54,778 nt of DNA from assembly GCA_049967855.1 (NCBI GenBank), contig JBMFRX010000010.1:1-54778 (forward strand). Direction: 5' to 3'. The DNA is from Caldisericaceae bacterium (GTDB taxonomy: Bacteria > Caldisericota > Caldisericia > Caldisericales > Caldisericaceae). Made by a program: the position numbers and the translations under genes. The notes below the pieces were generated by a model. That model saw nothing but the letters and a program-made list of their open reading frames with translations. It made no database searches and was not told where the DNA came from. This document shows positions 1 to 9,523 of the stretch, one piece after another (position 1 is the stretch's first letter; every line of letters starts with the position of its first letter).

Positions 1-1
1 C

Positions 2-973
2 GGAAGCAAACTATTTGTCCTAACGCCTGATGGAGTGCTCTTTAGTTCAAATGATGGATTTTCATTCCATTTAGAAAACGTTTTCCCGGAGGTTTACTTT
101 AAGGACATTGTCGTCAGCAGTGATAGGGGAATTGTTCTTACAAATGGCGCAGGGTTCACGGTGGACTTTTCAAATAACACAGCCACCGCCCTGAATAAAG
201 ACGGATTTGACTTTCTTGTTACGGCAGCAATCTCTAAGAAGGATACCTCAATTGCTTATGTTTCTTCCTGGGCGAGGCTGTTTGAACTTGTCGGTACAAA
301 TTTAAAGCCGACCAAAGATATAGAGTCTATACAAAGCATCTTGATTAGTCCAAATAACCCAGCTGCACTTTTTGTGAGAATTGTCAGTGGGGAAGAAGGC
401 GTTTCTTCATCATTTGTAACTTACGACAAAGGTAAAACACTTCAGTCGCTCTCATATCCGCAAAAACCTTATCAAATAATTTCTGTTGCATTCGACGACA
501 GAAACCCGCAAGTTATATACGCGATTGGCACTGAAGGGGATAATGGCGAATTATTCATATATAAGTCTCAAGACGATGCTAAAACATTTGAGAAAATTGC
601 AAGTTTGCCTAATGTAACAGGAGATTCTGCACCTTACATTGCCGTCTTTGATTCTACAATCTATATCTACGGTTGGAATTTTGGGGTATTAAAGTCAGAC
701 GACTTCGGAAAGACATTTAAGTCCTTTAATAAAGGTTTGAGCAATATAACAAATTTAGGCGTGGTTAAGTTAGCATTCAATCCCAAGACGAAAGACCTAT
801 TTTTGTTAACATACGACCGTGGTCTTTTTGTGTGCAAAAGTGGGTCCGATACCTGGCTTGATATTTCAGGAAATTTTGAGAGGGACAAAATAAAGGCATT
901 GGCAGTTGATGAGGGAAGAGGCTCAGTCTATGTTGGCGTTGATTCATTGGGAGTGTTTAAAATTATTCCTTAA
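2..973 (+). CDS. BNR/Asp-box repeat beta-propeller protein (WD40/YVTN/BNR-like), 5'-truncated by window edge
   Basis: Frame is open from position 2 (GSKLFVLTPDGVLF...). Repeated Asp-box motifs SSNDGFSF, TYDKGKTL, SQDDAKTF, SDDFGKTF. Confidence 0.75.
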   Translation, partial: GSKLFVLTPDGVLFSSNDGFSFHLENVFPEVYFKDIVVSSDRGIVLTNGAGFTVDFSNNTATALNKDGFDFLVTAAISKKDTSIAYVSSWARLFELVGTNLKPTKDIESIQSILISPNNPAALFVRIVSGEEGVSSSFVTYDKGKTLQSLSYPQKPYQIISVAFDDRNPQVIYAIGTEGDNGELFIYKSQDDAKTFEKIASLPNVTGDSAPYIAVFDSTIYIYGWNFGVLKSDDFGKTFKSFNKGLSNITNLGVVKLAFNPKTKDLFLLTYDRGLFVCKSGSDTWLDISGNFERDKIKALAVDEGRGSVYVGVDSLGVFKIIP

Positions 974-987
974 GGAGATTGCAAAGA

Positions 988-3006
988 ATGGCTAAAAGAA
1001 TTTTAGTCTTGCTTTTGAGTTTTTCTTTGCTTTTTGCCTCGTGCAACGTTACGCACAAAGTCGTGCCTGCTTCAGTTCTGTTTGGCTCTGAATTTCATTT
1101 TGAAGAGGTAAGATCCTTCACCGAGATTTATAGTAAACATTTTTCAGGGAATTACATTCCTCGAATCGACAGTATCCTTTTAAGTCCCGTTAACTCTGAA
1201 GAAATATATGTACTTTCAGGTAATTTGCTCTTTAAGTCAGAAGACTCAGGGACATCATGGGCGATGTTAAAACTGCCTGAAAACTCTGCAAAAGGAGTTT
1301 CTATGGATGATAAAGGCAACATCTATTTAGTTTGCTTTGATACTATCTGGGCTTCTTATGACGGCGGTTCAAATTGGAATTTTCTTTTGTCGAGTAAAAA
1401 TATCGGAGCCTTTGATGAATTTGAATCCGTTGAACTTTTCAATGATAGGATTTATGTTCTCACGCTTTCGAAAGTTTTTACCTACTCAAAAGATTCAAAA
1501 TCGCTTGCCGAAATTAAGATAACAGATATGTTCAGGATGAGTGGCGATAGAATTCAAAAATTAATTATCGACCCAGCTCACCCGAATATGATGTTCATAT
1601 TAGATAGATACCAATTGTTCTTCTCTTCGGATTCAGGTGAAAGTTTTAAACCTTTAGATATCGTTTCTGATTCTTCAATATATGCTGAGATTCAGGATTT
1701 TGTAGTCTGTAAAAACGGAGTTATTGTTGCACTCGCCAAAGGAAAAGTTGCACAAATACAAAATTGCACAGGGCTTTTTATATCGGAAAACGAAGGAAAA
1801 ACCTGGAAAGTAATGCAAAAAGATGTAAGATTTTCTGAAGCGCTCCTTTGCGACCCAAATCACAGTGGAAATTTGTTTACTTATGGAACAGGTCTCTATG
1901 CGCTATATGATTTGGGTGCTTCATATAAGTATCTTGGGGTGCCAATGCCTACTGCAATTTCATTTGACAAAAATAACGCAGAACACATTTATGTTGGCAC
2001 TTCCTGTGGGATACTGCTTGAAAGCGTACATGGTAATGGCTCATTAAAGTTAGTAGGAAATGATGACTATCCTGTTACATCGATTGCAATTTCGAATAAC
2101 GAAACTTATGTCGCCAAGAATGGTATTTATTTCTCAAAAGACCTTCAAAATTGGGAGAAGTTAACATCTGTTGGAGACTATGTTGCAACAGGAAAGAACA
2201 CTCAGAATATTTTAATAGGAGTAAAAGATGGAGGTATTCTTGTCTTCAACACAAAATCGAAGGAACTAACAAAATTAAGCGAAGAGAATGTTAATTCCAT
2301 TGCCTTTGACGATGTAAATCAAGTTGCTTATCTTGGAACAGAGCACGGAATATACAAATATGACTTTTTAAGAAAAACTTTAGAGCACTCAGGGATTTCG
2401 GATGGGATTGCAATAGTCGCCGTGGATAAATCTAACCCTAACATTATTTATGCAGCATTGGGAACATTTAAAGACGGCCATGCAATCTTGAGAAGCGTTA
2501 ACGGAGGAAAAACCCGGGGCTTCTGTGATGAGAATATTCTTGACATCAAGGATGCAAATGATAAACTCAATCTATCAGGTCTTGAACAACCTGTATCTCT
2601 TTTTGCAGAAGGAAACAATATATACGTTTCAATTTATCCAAGTTTTCCCGGGCAGCAGGATATGTTTATTAACTACAATCGTCTGAAAGGTGGGCTTTTT
2701 GTTTCAAATGACTTCGGTAAAACCTGGCAATATGTTAATACAATGCTGAATGACAAAACCCTTCCCTTAGTCCATATAAACAGTGTTTTTAGGTTCAGGG
2801 ATAGGACTTTTATAATCGTTGACAATCCACCCTCCTTTATGTGCTCACACATTGAATATTCTACCGACCTGAAGGAATGGGAGCCTCTTAAAGCGGATTT
2901 ACAATCTCCTTACATTACATCTCTTTTTCTCGACGAAGAACAAGTTATTCTTTACATCGGGACATTGGGAGGCATATACACCGTGCATATTGTAGGAGTT
3001 GATTAA
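988..3006 (+). CDS. BNR/Asp-box repeat beta-propeller lipoprotein
   Basis: AAGGAG at 972-977 favours ATG 988. Lipobox LFASC. Many SxDxGxxW/F motifs (SEDSGTSW, SYDGGSNW, SENEGKTW, SNDFGKTW). Confidence 0.8.
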   Translation: MAKRILVLLLSFSLLFASCNVTHKVVPASVLFGSEFHFEEVRSFTEIYSKHFSGNYIPRIDSILLSPVNSEEIYVLSGNLLFKSEDSGTSWAMLKLPENSAKGVSMDDKGNIYLVCFDTIWASYDGGSNWNFLLSSKNIGAFDEFESVELFNDRIYVLTLSKVFTYSKDSKSLAEIKITDMFRMSGDRIQKLIIDPAHPNMMFILDRYQLFFSSDSGESFKPLDIVSDSSIYAEIQDFVVCKNGVIVALAKGKVAQIQNCTGLFISENEGKTWKVMQKDVRFSEALLCDPNHSGNLFTYGTGLYALYDLGASYKYLGVPMPTAISFDKNNAEHIYVGTSCGILLESVHGNGSLKLVGNDDYPVTSIAISNNETYVAKNGIYFSKDLQNWEKLTSVGDYVATGKNTQNILIGVKDGGILVFNTKSKELTKLSEENVNSIAFDDVNQVAYLGTEHGIYKYDFLRKTLEHSGISDGIAIVAVDKSNPNIIYAALGTFKDGHAILRSVNGGKTRGFCDENILDIKDANDKLNLSGLEQPVSLFAEGNNIYVSIYPSFPGQQDMFINYNRLKGGLFVSNDFGKTWQYVNTMLNDKTLPLVHINSVFRFRDRTFIIVDNPPSFMCSHIEYSTDLKEWEPLKADLQSPYITSLFLDEEQVILYIGTLGGIYTVHIVGVD

Positions 3007-3007
3007 T

Positions 3008-3400
3008 ATGACTTTAGTAAAACGTAACTTTATTGTAAGTGGGCTTGTAGGCTTAGCTATTTCTATCGCAACAAGGCTATCACTTTTTGTGTTTTCGACA
3101 GACTTTTCTTATGTTAAAATTTGGAAATTTATCCTCCTTCCAAAAGATAACCTTTTCTTTATTGACTGGCTTAATGCAAAACCCGAGATGCTGAACTCTC
3201 TTGGCAAAAAAGTTATAGGCGCCTACGGATTCCCATTCTCGAGTTTCGCAAGGTGCAGTCTTCAGAGGAGCGGCTCCTTCATAATCCCAATTTGTGATCG
3301 CTACTCAACTCTTGGGGAGTTTTCAATCTTACTCAATACCATACTCTGGGGCTTTATTGTGTTTCTTATACTAAGTTCAGTTGCAAAGAAAAAGATATGA
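3008..3400 (+). CDS. hypothetical membrane protein
   Basis: AGGAG upstream of ATG 3008. Hydrophobic N- and C-terminal helices flank a YGFPF motif. Confidence 0.6.
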   Translation: MTLVKRNFIVSGLVGLAISIATRLSLFVFSTDFSYVKIWKFILLPKDNLFFIDWLNAKPEMLNSLGKKVIGAYGFPFSSFARCSLQRSGSFIIPICDRYSTLGEFSILLNTILWGFIVFLILSSVAKKKI

Positions 3401-3559
3401 AAAGATATTCAGGTTTCGTTTTGACTTTTGTTGATATACTAACACTTTTATCGAGAGGCAATCCCTTCGAAACTGTCAGCAAAATTTCATCTATTTGCAG
3501 GGATCCAAATGAGAAGTATTTGGTTGATAAATTCATCTCATACTATAGAGGGTGTGTTT

Positions 3560-4060
3560 ATGAATAAAAGAGCTTTAATTGGCATTTTGCTCGTTCTAGT
3601 TGTTCTCATTGCTGGAATTTTTCTATGGAAAGCTCCAGTGAGAGTTATAAATCCAGAAAATACTTCCAATCAACCTGAACTTCCAGAGGGTATCGATAAA
3701 GAGGACATTCGTGATTACCTGCAAGAGAATATTGTTTCTCCTGTCTTTGGTGGCAAGGTATTTTGTGCTTATGACTTGTTTGGCAGTGAAACTAAGAATG
3801 ATGAAGTTCACATATACCTGTGGACATTATGCACGGAATACTACTTAAAGGACGGTAAGCTTACAGAGAGAAGTGGGGTAAGTATGCCTGTAGTATTAAT
3901 AGCGCCACAAACTTGTCAGGGCTATAAAATAACACGGCATAAAGAGCCTATGCTTGGAAGCTTATATGCCAAAAGCATCAAAGAGCTCTTTCCAGAGAAG
4001 TATTACAACTTCATATTTCTCGGTAGCACAGAGGAATATAACAAAAGAGCCTCAGACTGA
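3560..4060 (+). CDS. hypothetical membrane-anchored/secreted protein, possibly C-terminally frameshifted
   Basis: GAGGG RBS before ATG 3560 and an N-terminal hydrophobic anchor. The -1 frame continues to 4107. Confidence 0.65.
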   Translation: MNKRALIGILLVLVVLIAGIFLWKAPVRVINPENTSNQPELPEGIDKEDIRDYLQENIVSPVFGGKVFCAYDLFGSETKNDEVHIYLWTLCTEYYLKDGKLTERSGVSMPVVLIAPQTCQGYKITRHKEPMLGSLYAKSIKELFPEKYYNFIFLGSTEEYNKRASD

Positions 4061-4167
4061 TTAACGAAACAGAGACACAAGCGGCAATATACTATAAGCT
4101 AAAATAATATATGGGAAGAAATAGGGATTACAGAGTTTTGAGCTTAACATATAATATAAAGGTGAAG

Positions 4168-5145
4168 ATGAAACTTATAAAATTGTTATTGGTCATTATT
4201 TTGCTTGTATTACCTTTGGGCAATGCATCTGCCAATATGGCTGCGCCTTTCTCTTTTGGAAGTGCTGCAGCAGGAAACTTTATTACAAATCCTAAGAATA
4301 GTATCAGCATTGAAAGTGAGGATCTAAGATTCGAAATACCAGGGACAACTTTACTTAACGGCAAAGTCTATGGCAGTCCTTCCGAAGTGGTCGCTCACAT
4401 TTCCTACAAGATTGTTAATTCCTCAAGTGATGCAAAATTTACATTCGTTTTCCCTGTGTTTAGAGTGCCGCAAAGTTATTTCAATGTTGAAGTTAATCAT
4501 AAAAGAATACCTTTTGAGACTAAGAATTTGGATGAGGTAGAAGCACTATTCAAAAACAATGTTGAGAAAGAAAAGTTAAAAAATCTGGTGAGTCTAGAAG
4601 ACTGGATTTATTTCGACCCATTAACAAATAAAGAATACACGACCCCGTATATCTACGGAATGCCAGAAGTGGAATTTTTTATGTTTGACATATTCCTCCC
4701 AAAAGGTATTCCGACGCTTGTAGATGTGAATTTTAACAGTGTAGCTTCAAGTGACACAAGGAGATATCAGAAGAATATTTACCACTACTATTATATTCTT
4801 GATGTAGGTAGCTACTATAGTAGTTTCAAAAATTTGAAAATAACAATCACTTATCCAAAAAGTTACATTCTCACTTCAAATCTTAGTGGAAATATTTTAG
4901 AGCAAGGTGAGGCAAAAATTCTTACAATTGTGCCTGAAAAAACTTCAAAAAATTTGTCTTTTTCCTATATAGAAGGCGGCATTTCAGAAATTGGTATCTT
5001 TTTCTACAGGACTTTTCCTTTCCTTTATGGCGAGGCTTTTGGCTTCTTTATGATTTTAATCGTGTTGCCTCTAATCATTATAGGAGGCATTATCGTATTA
5101 ATTTTTATAATTATAAGGAGAAGAGTGCGAAGCTTAAAGAATTAA
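4168..5145 (+). CDS. hypothetical secreted protein with C-terminal TM anchor (DUF4424-like by impression)
   Basis: AAGGTG RBS, signal peptide ending ASA-NMAAP, C-terminal TM helix followed by RRR. Confidence 0.65.
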   Translation: MKLIKLLLVIILLVLPLGNASANMAAPFSFGSAAAGNFITNPKNSISIESEDLRFEIPGTTLLNGKVYGSPSEVVAHISYKIVNSSSDAKFTFVFPVFRVPQSYFNVEVNHKRIPFETKNLDEVEALFKNNVEKEKLKNLVSLEDWIYFDPLTNKEYTTPYIYGMPEVEFFMFDIFLPKGIPTLVDVNFNSVASSDTRRYQKNIYHYYYILDVGSYYSSFKNLKITITYPKSYILTSNLSGNILEQGEAKILTIVPEKTSKNLSFSYIEGGISEIGIFFYRTFPFLYGEAFGFFMILIVLPLIIIGGIIVLIFIIIRRRVRSLKN

Positions 5146-5175
5146 AAATCGATAATAAAAATAAGGAGGTAATTT

Positions 5176-6588
5176 ATGAAAAATAAACTATTAATTGCTG
5201 CAGTTGTTTTGTTAACAATTGTTGCCTTGTTGGCGGTTTATTTTGAATTTCTTGTGCCCTTGCCAGAACTTTCTATGGGAGATGTGAAGTTTGCACCAAA
5301 ACAACCTAACATAAATTTTGATGCAGAGAGGTTCAGCGCCAAAATACAGAATACTGGAAAGGCAAAAGCAGGAAGCTTTGACGTATGCCTTTTTGATGGC
5401 GATAAGCTTGTAAATTCTAAAACAATCGATGGACTTGATAAAGGAGAGTCCGTTAATATTTCTTTTGATTACAAATTAGCCACCGCAGGGCACCTTGAAA
5501 TGAAATTGGTTGTAGATTGCAAGGGGAAAATTCGAGAGAGGAATAAATCAAATAACAAAATTACGTTTGAGCTTGATATAAGTGAAACGCCTTCTTTGGT
5601 TACAAACACCGTTTTCAAGAAGCAACTTGGAAGCACCTGGTTCCCAACGAATTACGGAGGTTCTGCCCCTGTTGTTTACAATGAAAGAATCTATGTCGGC
5701 GGAAAGAATCAGTATTTCTTCTGTCTTAACAAGGACACTGGAGAGGAAATATGGAAATACGAGATAAAAAACGCAGGATTTATGCCTGGTGTATTTACCA
5801 CCCCCGTGTTTTACAACGGAAATGTTTACTTTGGTTCTACAGGTTCTTCCCTCACGCAAGAAGGTGGGCATATTCTCGCGCTTAGTGCAGATAATGGAAG
5901 CACTGTATGGGAATTTGATACTCCTTCAGATGTTTATTCCATAGCACTTGATAAAGGAGAGATTTATGCTCTTATGCAGGATGGCTCAATTTTCGTGCTG
6001 AATGCTTTGAGCGGCTCGCCCACGAGAAGGTATAACATTCCTGAGAGAGCTTCATTTGTTAGTTCAGTTGTGATTAATGATGGGAAGATTTGCGCAACTT
6101 CAAGCAGTTCACTTTTCTGCATCGACACGGCCACAGGAAACATTATATGGAGTTTCAAAACAGATGATAACCTCGTTTCAAAGCCAATCGTGTATGTGGA
6201 GAGAGTATTCCTTGATGGCATATATTGTCTTAACGCAAAGAGTGGTTCTGTTATGTGGGAAGAAAAGGAGATTAAACAAGGTGCTCAGCTTATGGATGGT
6301 GATTTATTTGTTGCAACAGTAGATGGCAACCTCTACTGCCTTGATGCGCTAACGGGCCAGAAGATTGTAGAAAGGCCTTTTGAGCCTGTTGTTGCAGAGC
6401 CTTTTCTCTATGACAACAAATTATATATAGGCACAACCACTGGCAAAATTTATGTTGTTGACAATGGCCTTGATACAATTGAAGTCTTTCAGACAGGCGA
6501 AGCGATCACGACAAGGCCTCTTGTATATGATGGCAAAATCTATGTTGTTTCCGACGATGGCTACCTTTATTGTTTTAGTGATAAATGA
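5176..6588 (+). CDS. CARDB domain + PQQ-like (BamB-type) beta-propeller protein
   Basis: AAGGAGG RBS, N-terminal anchor, CARDB motif (IQNTG...IRERNKSNN), repeated xxTGxxxW PQQ-propeller blades. Confidence 0.85.
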   Translation: MKNKLLIAAVVLLTIVALLAVYFEFLVPLPELSMGDVKFAPKQPNINFDAERFSAKIQNTGKAKAGSFDVCLFDGDKLVNSKTIDGLDKGESVNISFDYKLATAGHLEMKLVVDCKGKIRERNKSNNKITFELDISETPSLVTNTVFKKQLGSTWFPTNYGGSAPVVYNERIYVGGKNQYFFCLNKDTGEEIWKYEIKNAGFMPGVFTTPVFYNGNVYFGSTGSSLTQEGGHILALSADNGSTVWEFDTPSDVYSIALDKGEIYALMQDGSIFVLNALSGSPTRRYNIPERASFVSSVVINDGKICATSSSSLFCIDTATGNIIWSFKTDDNLVSKPIVYVERVFLDGIYCLNAKSGSVMWEEKEIKQGAQLMDGDLFVATVDGNLYCLDALTGQKIVERPFEPVVAEPFLYDNKLYIGTTTGKIYVVDNGLDTIEVFQTGEAITTRPLVYDGKIYVVSDDGYLYCFSDK

Positions 6589-6597
6589 GGAGGTAAT

Positions 6598-7608
6598 ATG
6601 AGCAAAAGAATCTTTGCAAGTTTCATTATTTTTATTCTTGTGTTGAGTGCCGTAGCGGTTACCAGAGCTCGCATTTTTGATTTGAGAACTGGCAAACCAT
6701 TACAGGATAATGAGACAATCTCTCTTGATAACCTGCCGTATCTTGAGGATGGTGCATATTCGGGAATCTATGTTGGAGATAGTGTTGATATCTCAGGAAG
6801 AACTAAAGATGGAATGGACGTTAAAATCACTTTCCCGTCTGGAAAGGTTGTGGTGCTTCCTATCGTAGATAGCTCCTCTGGCTTTTTTAAAAAGACGGTT
6901 ACATTTATTGAAGAAGGGACTTACAAAATTGAACCTATTGGAAAGGACTTCGAAGTTTGTTATCGAATAATTCCACTCAAAGCAACATTCCTTAAGGATA
7001 TCGTTGGCGAAAAAGTCGGTAACGATGATTATGGGAAAAACTTTGTCGATTGGAACGATGCAGTTGCGATTGAGGAAAGCAACCCTTCACACAGCAGCCC
7101 ACTGTTTTTATTGTCGTTTTTAGCTGTCGACAAAAACGGCACTCCCATTGCAAATCTCAAGGGAAAGAAATTTACAACAGACTTATATGGCATTGGAGCA
7201 ATTCCTATAGACCCTAATTCTCCTACAATTTACGGCGACATAAAGGTAGTTTATTACGACAAGTTCACTTTTGATAAGGATGGACATTTTAGTTATTCTT
7301 CAAACGGAATCAAATTGAATGACGGCCTTATGGACAATGCTATGCTGTTCATTGATGCGAGAAACTTTGTAGATTCTTTGCTAAAATTGGGTTCTTCAGA
7401 TGTTTGCACAATAGGCGATGATTACATACAAATTAAGGATTATACCGCCTATCCTGCAATTGTAAAAGAAAGGGGTGCCACCAAATATGTGAATGCAGAA
7501 TCCGTATTAGCTTCAATCAACACACGCTTATTAGGCATTCTGGGCACTGCAATTGAATACTACAATGACAAAACAGTTTTATTTGTTGTATTTTCAGGCA
7601 GGAGGTAA
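6598..7608 (+). CDS. hypothetical secreted protein (paralog of C-terminal part of next gene)
   Basis: GGAGG RBS, signal peptide, visible similarity to 7611..9092. Confidence 0.7.
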   Translation: MSKRIFASFIIFILVLSAVAVTRARIFDLRTGKPLQDNETISLDNLPYLEDGAYSGIYVGDSVDISGRTKDGMDVKITFPSGKVVVLPIVDSSSGFFKKTVTFIEEGTYKIEPIGKDFEVCYRIIPLKATFLKDIVGEKVGNDDYGKNFVDWNDAVAIEESNPSHSSPLFLLSFLAVDKNGTPIANLKGKKFTTDLYGIGAIPIDPNSPTIYGDIKVVYYDKFTFDKDGHFSYSSNGIKLNDGLMDNAMLFIDARNFVDSLLKLGSSDVCTIGDDYIQIKDYTAYPAIVKERGATKYVNAESVLASINTRLLGILGTAIEYYNDKTVLFVVFSGRR

Positions 7609-7610
7609 AG

Positions 7611-9092
7611 ATGAAAAAGATTCTTATAGTCGTCCTTGTTCTCTTACTCATACCTGTTGAAGGATGCATTTCCAAAAGCGGAGTTATAAAAATTGACGCA
7701 ATATCAAACAGTGTGTCTGACACTGCAGACGTCTATATTGACGGAACTTTTATAGGAAAAACTCCTCTAACCTATCGCATGTCTTATGGAAAACACAAGT
7801 TTACTTTCAAGGGCCAATTTGAAAGTAATGAAAAGGAAATAAATATCGATAGGTACACAAAATCCGTTGCCTATGATACCTATACAACCACTATTTCTGT
7901 CACATCCGACAGCAGTGGACCTTTCGCCATAAGCATTGAGGGAAAAGACGCATATTATGATATAGGTTACACTGTTTACCTCGATGGGAAGTTTACTGGC
8001 AAGACTTTACCCGTTACTATTACGGGTATTTCTAAGGGAAATCATACGATAAAACTTGTTGGACTCGGAGACAGTTCAGAGCTTTCTTTGGACGTAAAGG
8101 GCGATATGTTCTTGAATTTGAGAGGATTCAACCCAATAACTTCGAAAGATTTTCCTGTGGTTGTTGAAAACTATCGACATGACGATTCATTCAGTACGTA
8201 TAATGTTGTGTTCGATAAATTACCCGTAATTGATATATGTTGCTCGGCCGCGGCGATTGCCTATTCGGGAGTTTTTGTTGGGGACAAAATCATCATCTCT
8301 GGCAAGACCAAGCTCAAAACATTCTATATTCAATACCCTTCAGGAAAGCTGGTGGCAATTCCAACAAAACCATTCTCAAAAGAATGGAGGGAGTTTTCAA
8401 AGGAGGTGCTTTTTGACGAAGCAGGCAGATATAACTTGCTTGACGAAAATAAGAAGCAATTTGACCAGTTTGAAGTTCTCTATAAAGCCATAGTGCTGCC
8501 CCCTGCAAAAACAGTATCCCAACTGTTTGGGACTCAAGTCGAACCTTATGGAATACCTGCATATTCCAGAAGATTGAGTGATGCAATTGCAATACACGCA
8601 GGCAAGGAAAGCATTATAAAACTTTTCATTGTGGATTCAAGTGGCAACCCTATAGTAAACAAAACTATTGTATATAACGAAAAAACCGACTCCAATGGTA
8701 TTGCCAGGTTCAAGGTTGAAGGAATCAAAGACTCCAACCCTATTGGAGGTTTTATTGTAAATGGAAAGCAAGGTGGTGCAATCTTTTATGGTGACCTGCT
8801 TGCAGGAGTTTACGACTATGCTATATTTGATAGAGACGGCCACATTCTTTCTACATCGATGCAGTTTTTAAAGTTCCAGACCGACGTAAAGCTTGATATA
8901 AGATACGACGGAGACGATATCTATATGCCTTATGGAGTCATCGGCAGTTTCAATTTGAAAGGTGGAAAGGCGAAGGTCTTTGACAACCAGGAGTATGTTG
9001 CTGTGAATACAATTGTACCTGCTTCTGACACTGCAATTATGGTAACAGATGAAACAATCGAATTCTATAAGTTGAAGGGAATGATGCCATAA
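7611..9092 (+). CDS. PEGA domain-containing lipoprotein
   Basis: Lipobox VEGC and two PEGA motifs (ADVYIDGTFIGKTPL; VYLDGKFTGKTLP...GNHTIKL). Confidence 0.8.
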   Translation: MKKILIVVLVLLLIPVEGCISKSGVIKIDAISNSVSDTADVYIDGTFIGKTPLTYRMSYGKHKFTFKGQFESNEKEINIDRYTKSVAYDTYTTTISVTSDSSGPFAISIEGKDAYYDIGYTVYLDGKFTGKTLPVTITGISKGNHTIKLVGLGDSSELSLDVKGDMFLNLRGFNPITSKDFPVVVENYRHDDSFSTYNVVFDKLPVIDICCSAAAIAYSGVFVGDKIIISGKTKLKTFYIQYPSGKLVAIPTKPFSKEWREFSKEVLFDEAGRYNLLDENKKQFDQFEVLYKAIVLPPAKTVSQLFGTQVEPYGIPAYSRRLSDAIAIHAGKESIIKLFIVDSSGNPIVNKTIVYNEKTDSNGIARFKVEGIKDSNPIGGFIVNGKQGGAIFYGDLLAGVYDYAIFDRDGHILSTSMQFLKFQTDVKLDIRYDGDDIYMPYGVIGSFNLKGGKAKVFDNQEYVAVNTIVPASDTAIMVTDETIEFYKLKGMMP

Positions 9093-9328
9093 ATTAATAT
9101 TGCTCATAAGGAGCACAAAAATCAAGTAAAAGCATAATGCAGCTTAAAGTTGCCTTCAACGGAAAGTTTTGCATTGCAAAGGCATGCTGTTTGCGTTCGT
9201 CAATCTTTAACTTTTTTAAATTCAGTATTTGCGTTCGCTGCTTAACTTTGCTATGCAGAAAAGCTGTACCAACCTGAAAAAATCAAGACATTAGAAAACG
9301 TTTGATAAACCACAGTCTTGTGGAACTA

Positions 9329-9356
9329 TTGCAAAAGTGAGCAATTTATTTATAAT
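9329..9356 (+). promoter_or_regulatory. sigma70-type promoter for ABC exporter
   Basis: TTGCAA-N16-TATAAT. Confidence 0.55.
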
Positions 9357-9523
9357 AAACCTGTGGAAAATTTAAAATATATAAAATATAATACATCTAT
9401 TAAAACTGGTTGTAAATGTGCATCTTATGGAGAGCAGCCTTTCAGAATCGCATTAAGGTTGGCTTGCAAACCAAAGGATGTTGTAGAAAACTGTGAACTT
9501 CGACTTACAATGGAGGTGAAATT

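Noticed and set aside
3397..3528. SAM-I riboswitch-like fragments (TTATCGAGAG...CCCTTCGAAAC..CAGCAA) and an overlapping 43-aa ORF starting at ATG 3397
   Set aside because: Lacks the GGxGGAGGGA kink-turn/pseudoknot segment and the GGTGC..TCC element, and the downstream gene is unrelated to sulfur metabolism. The small ORF has no recognisable features.
9305..9500. DnaA-box-like TGTGGAAAA/TGTAGAAAA motifs in an AT-rich gap (oriC?)
   Set aside because: No perfect TTATCCACA, few copies, no dnaA/dnaN/gidA nearby. Explained adequately as a promoter region.
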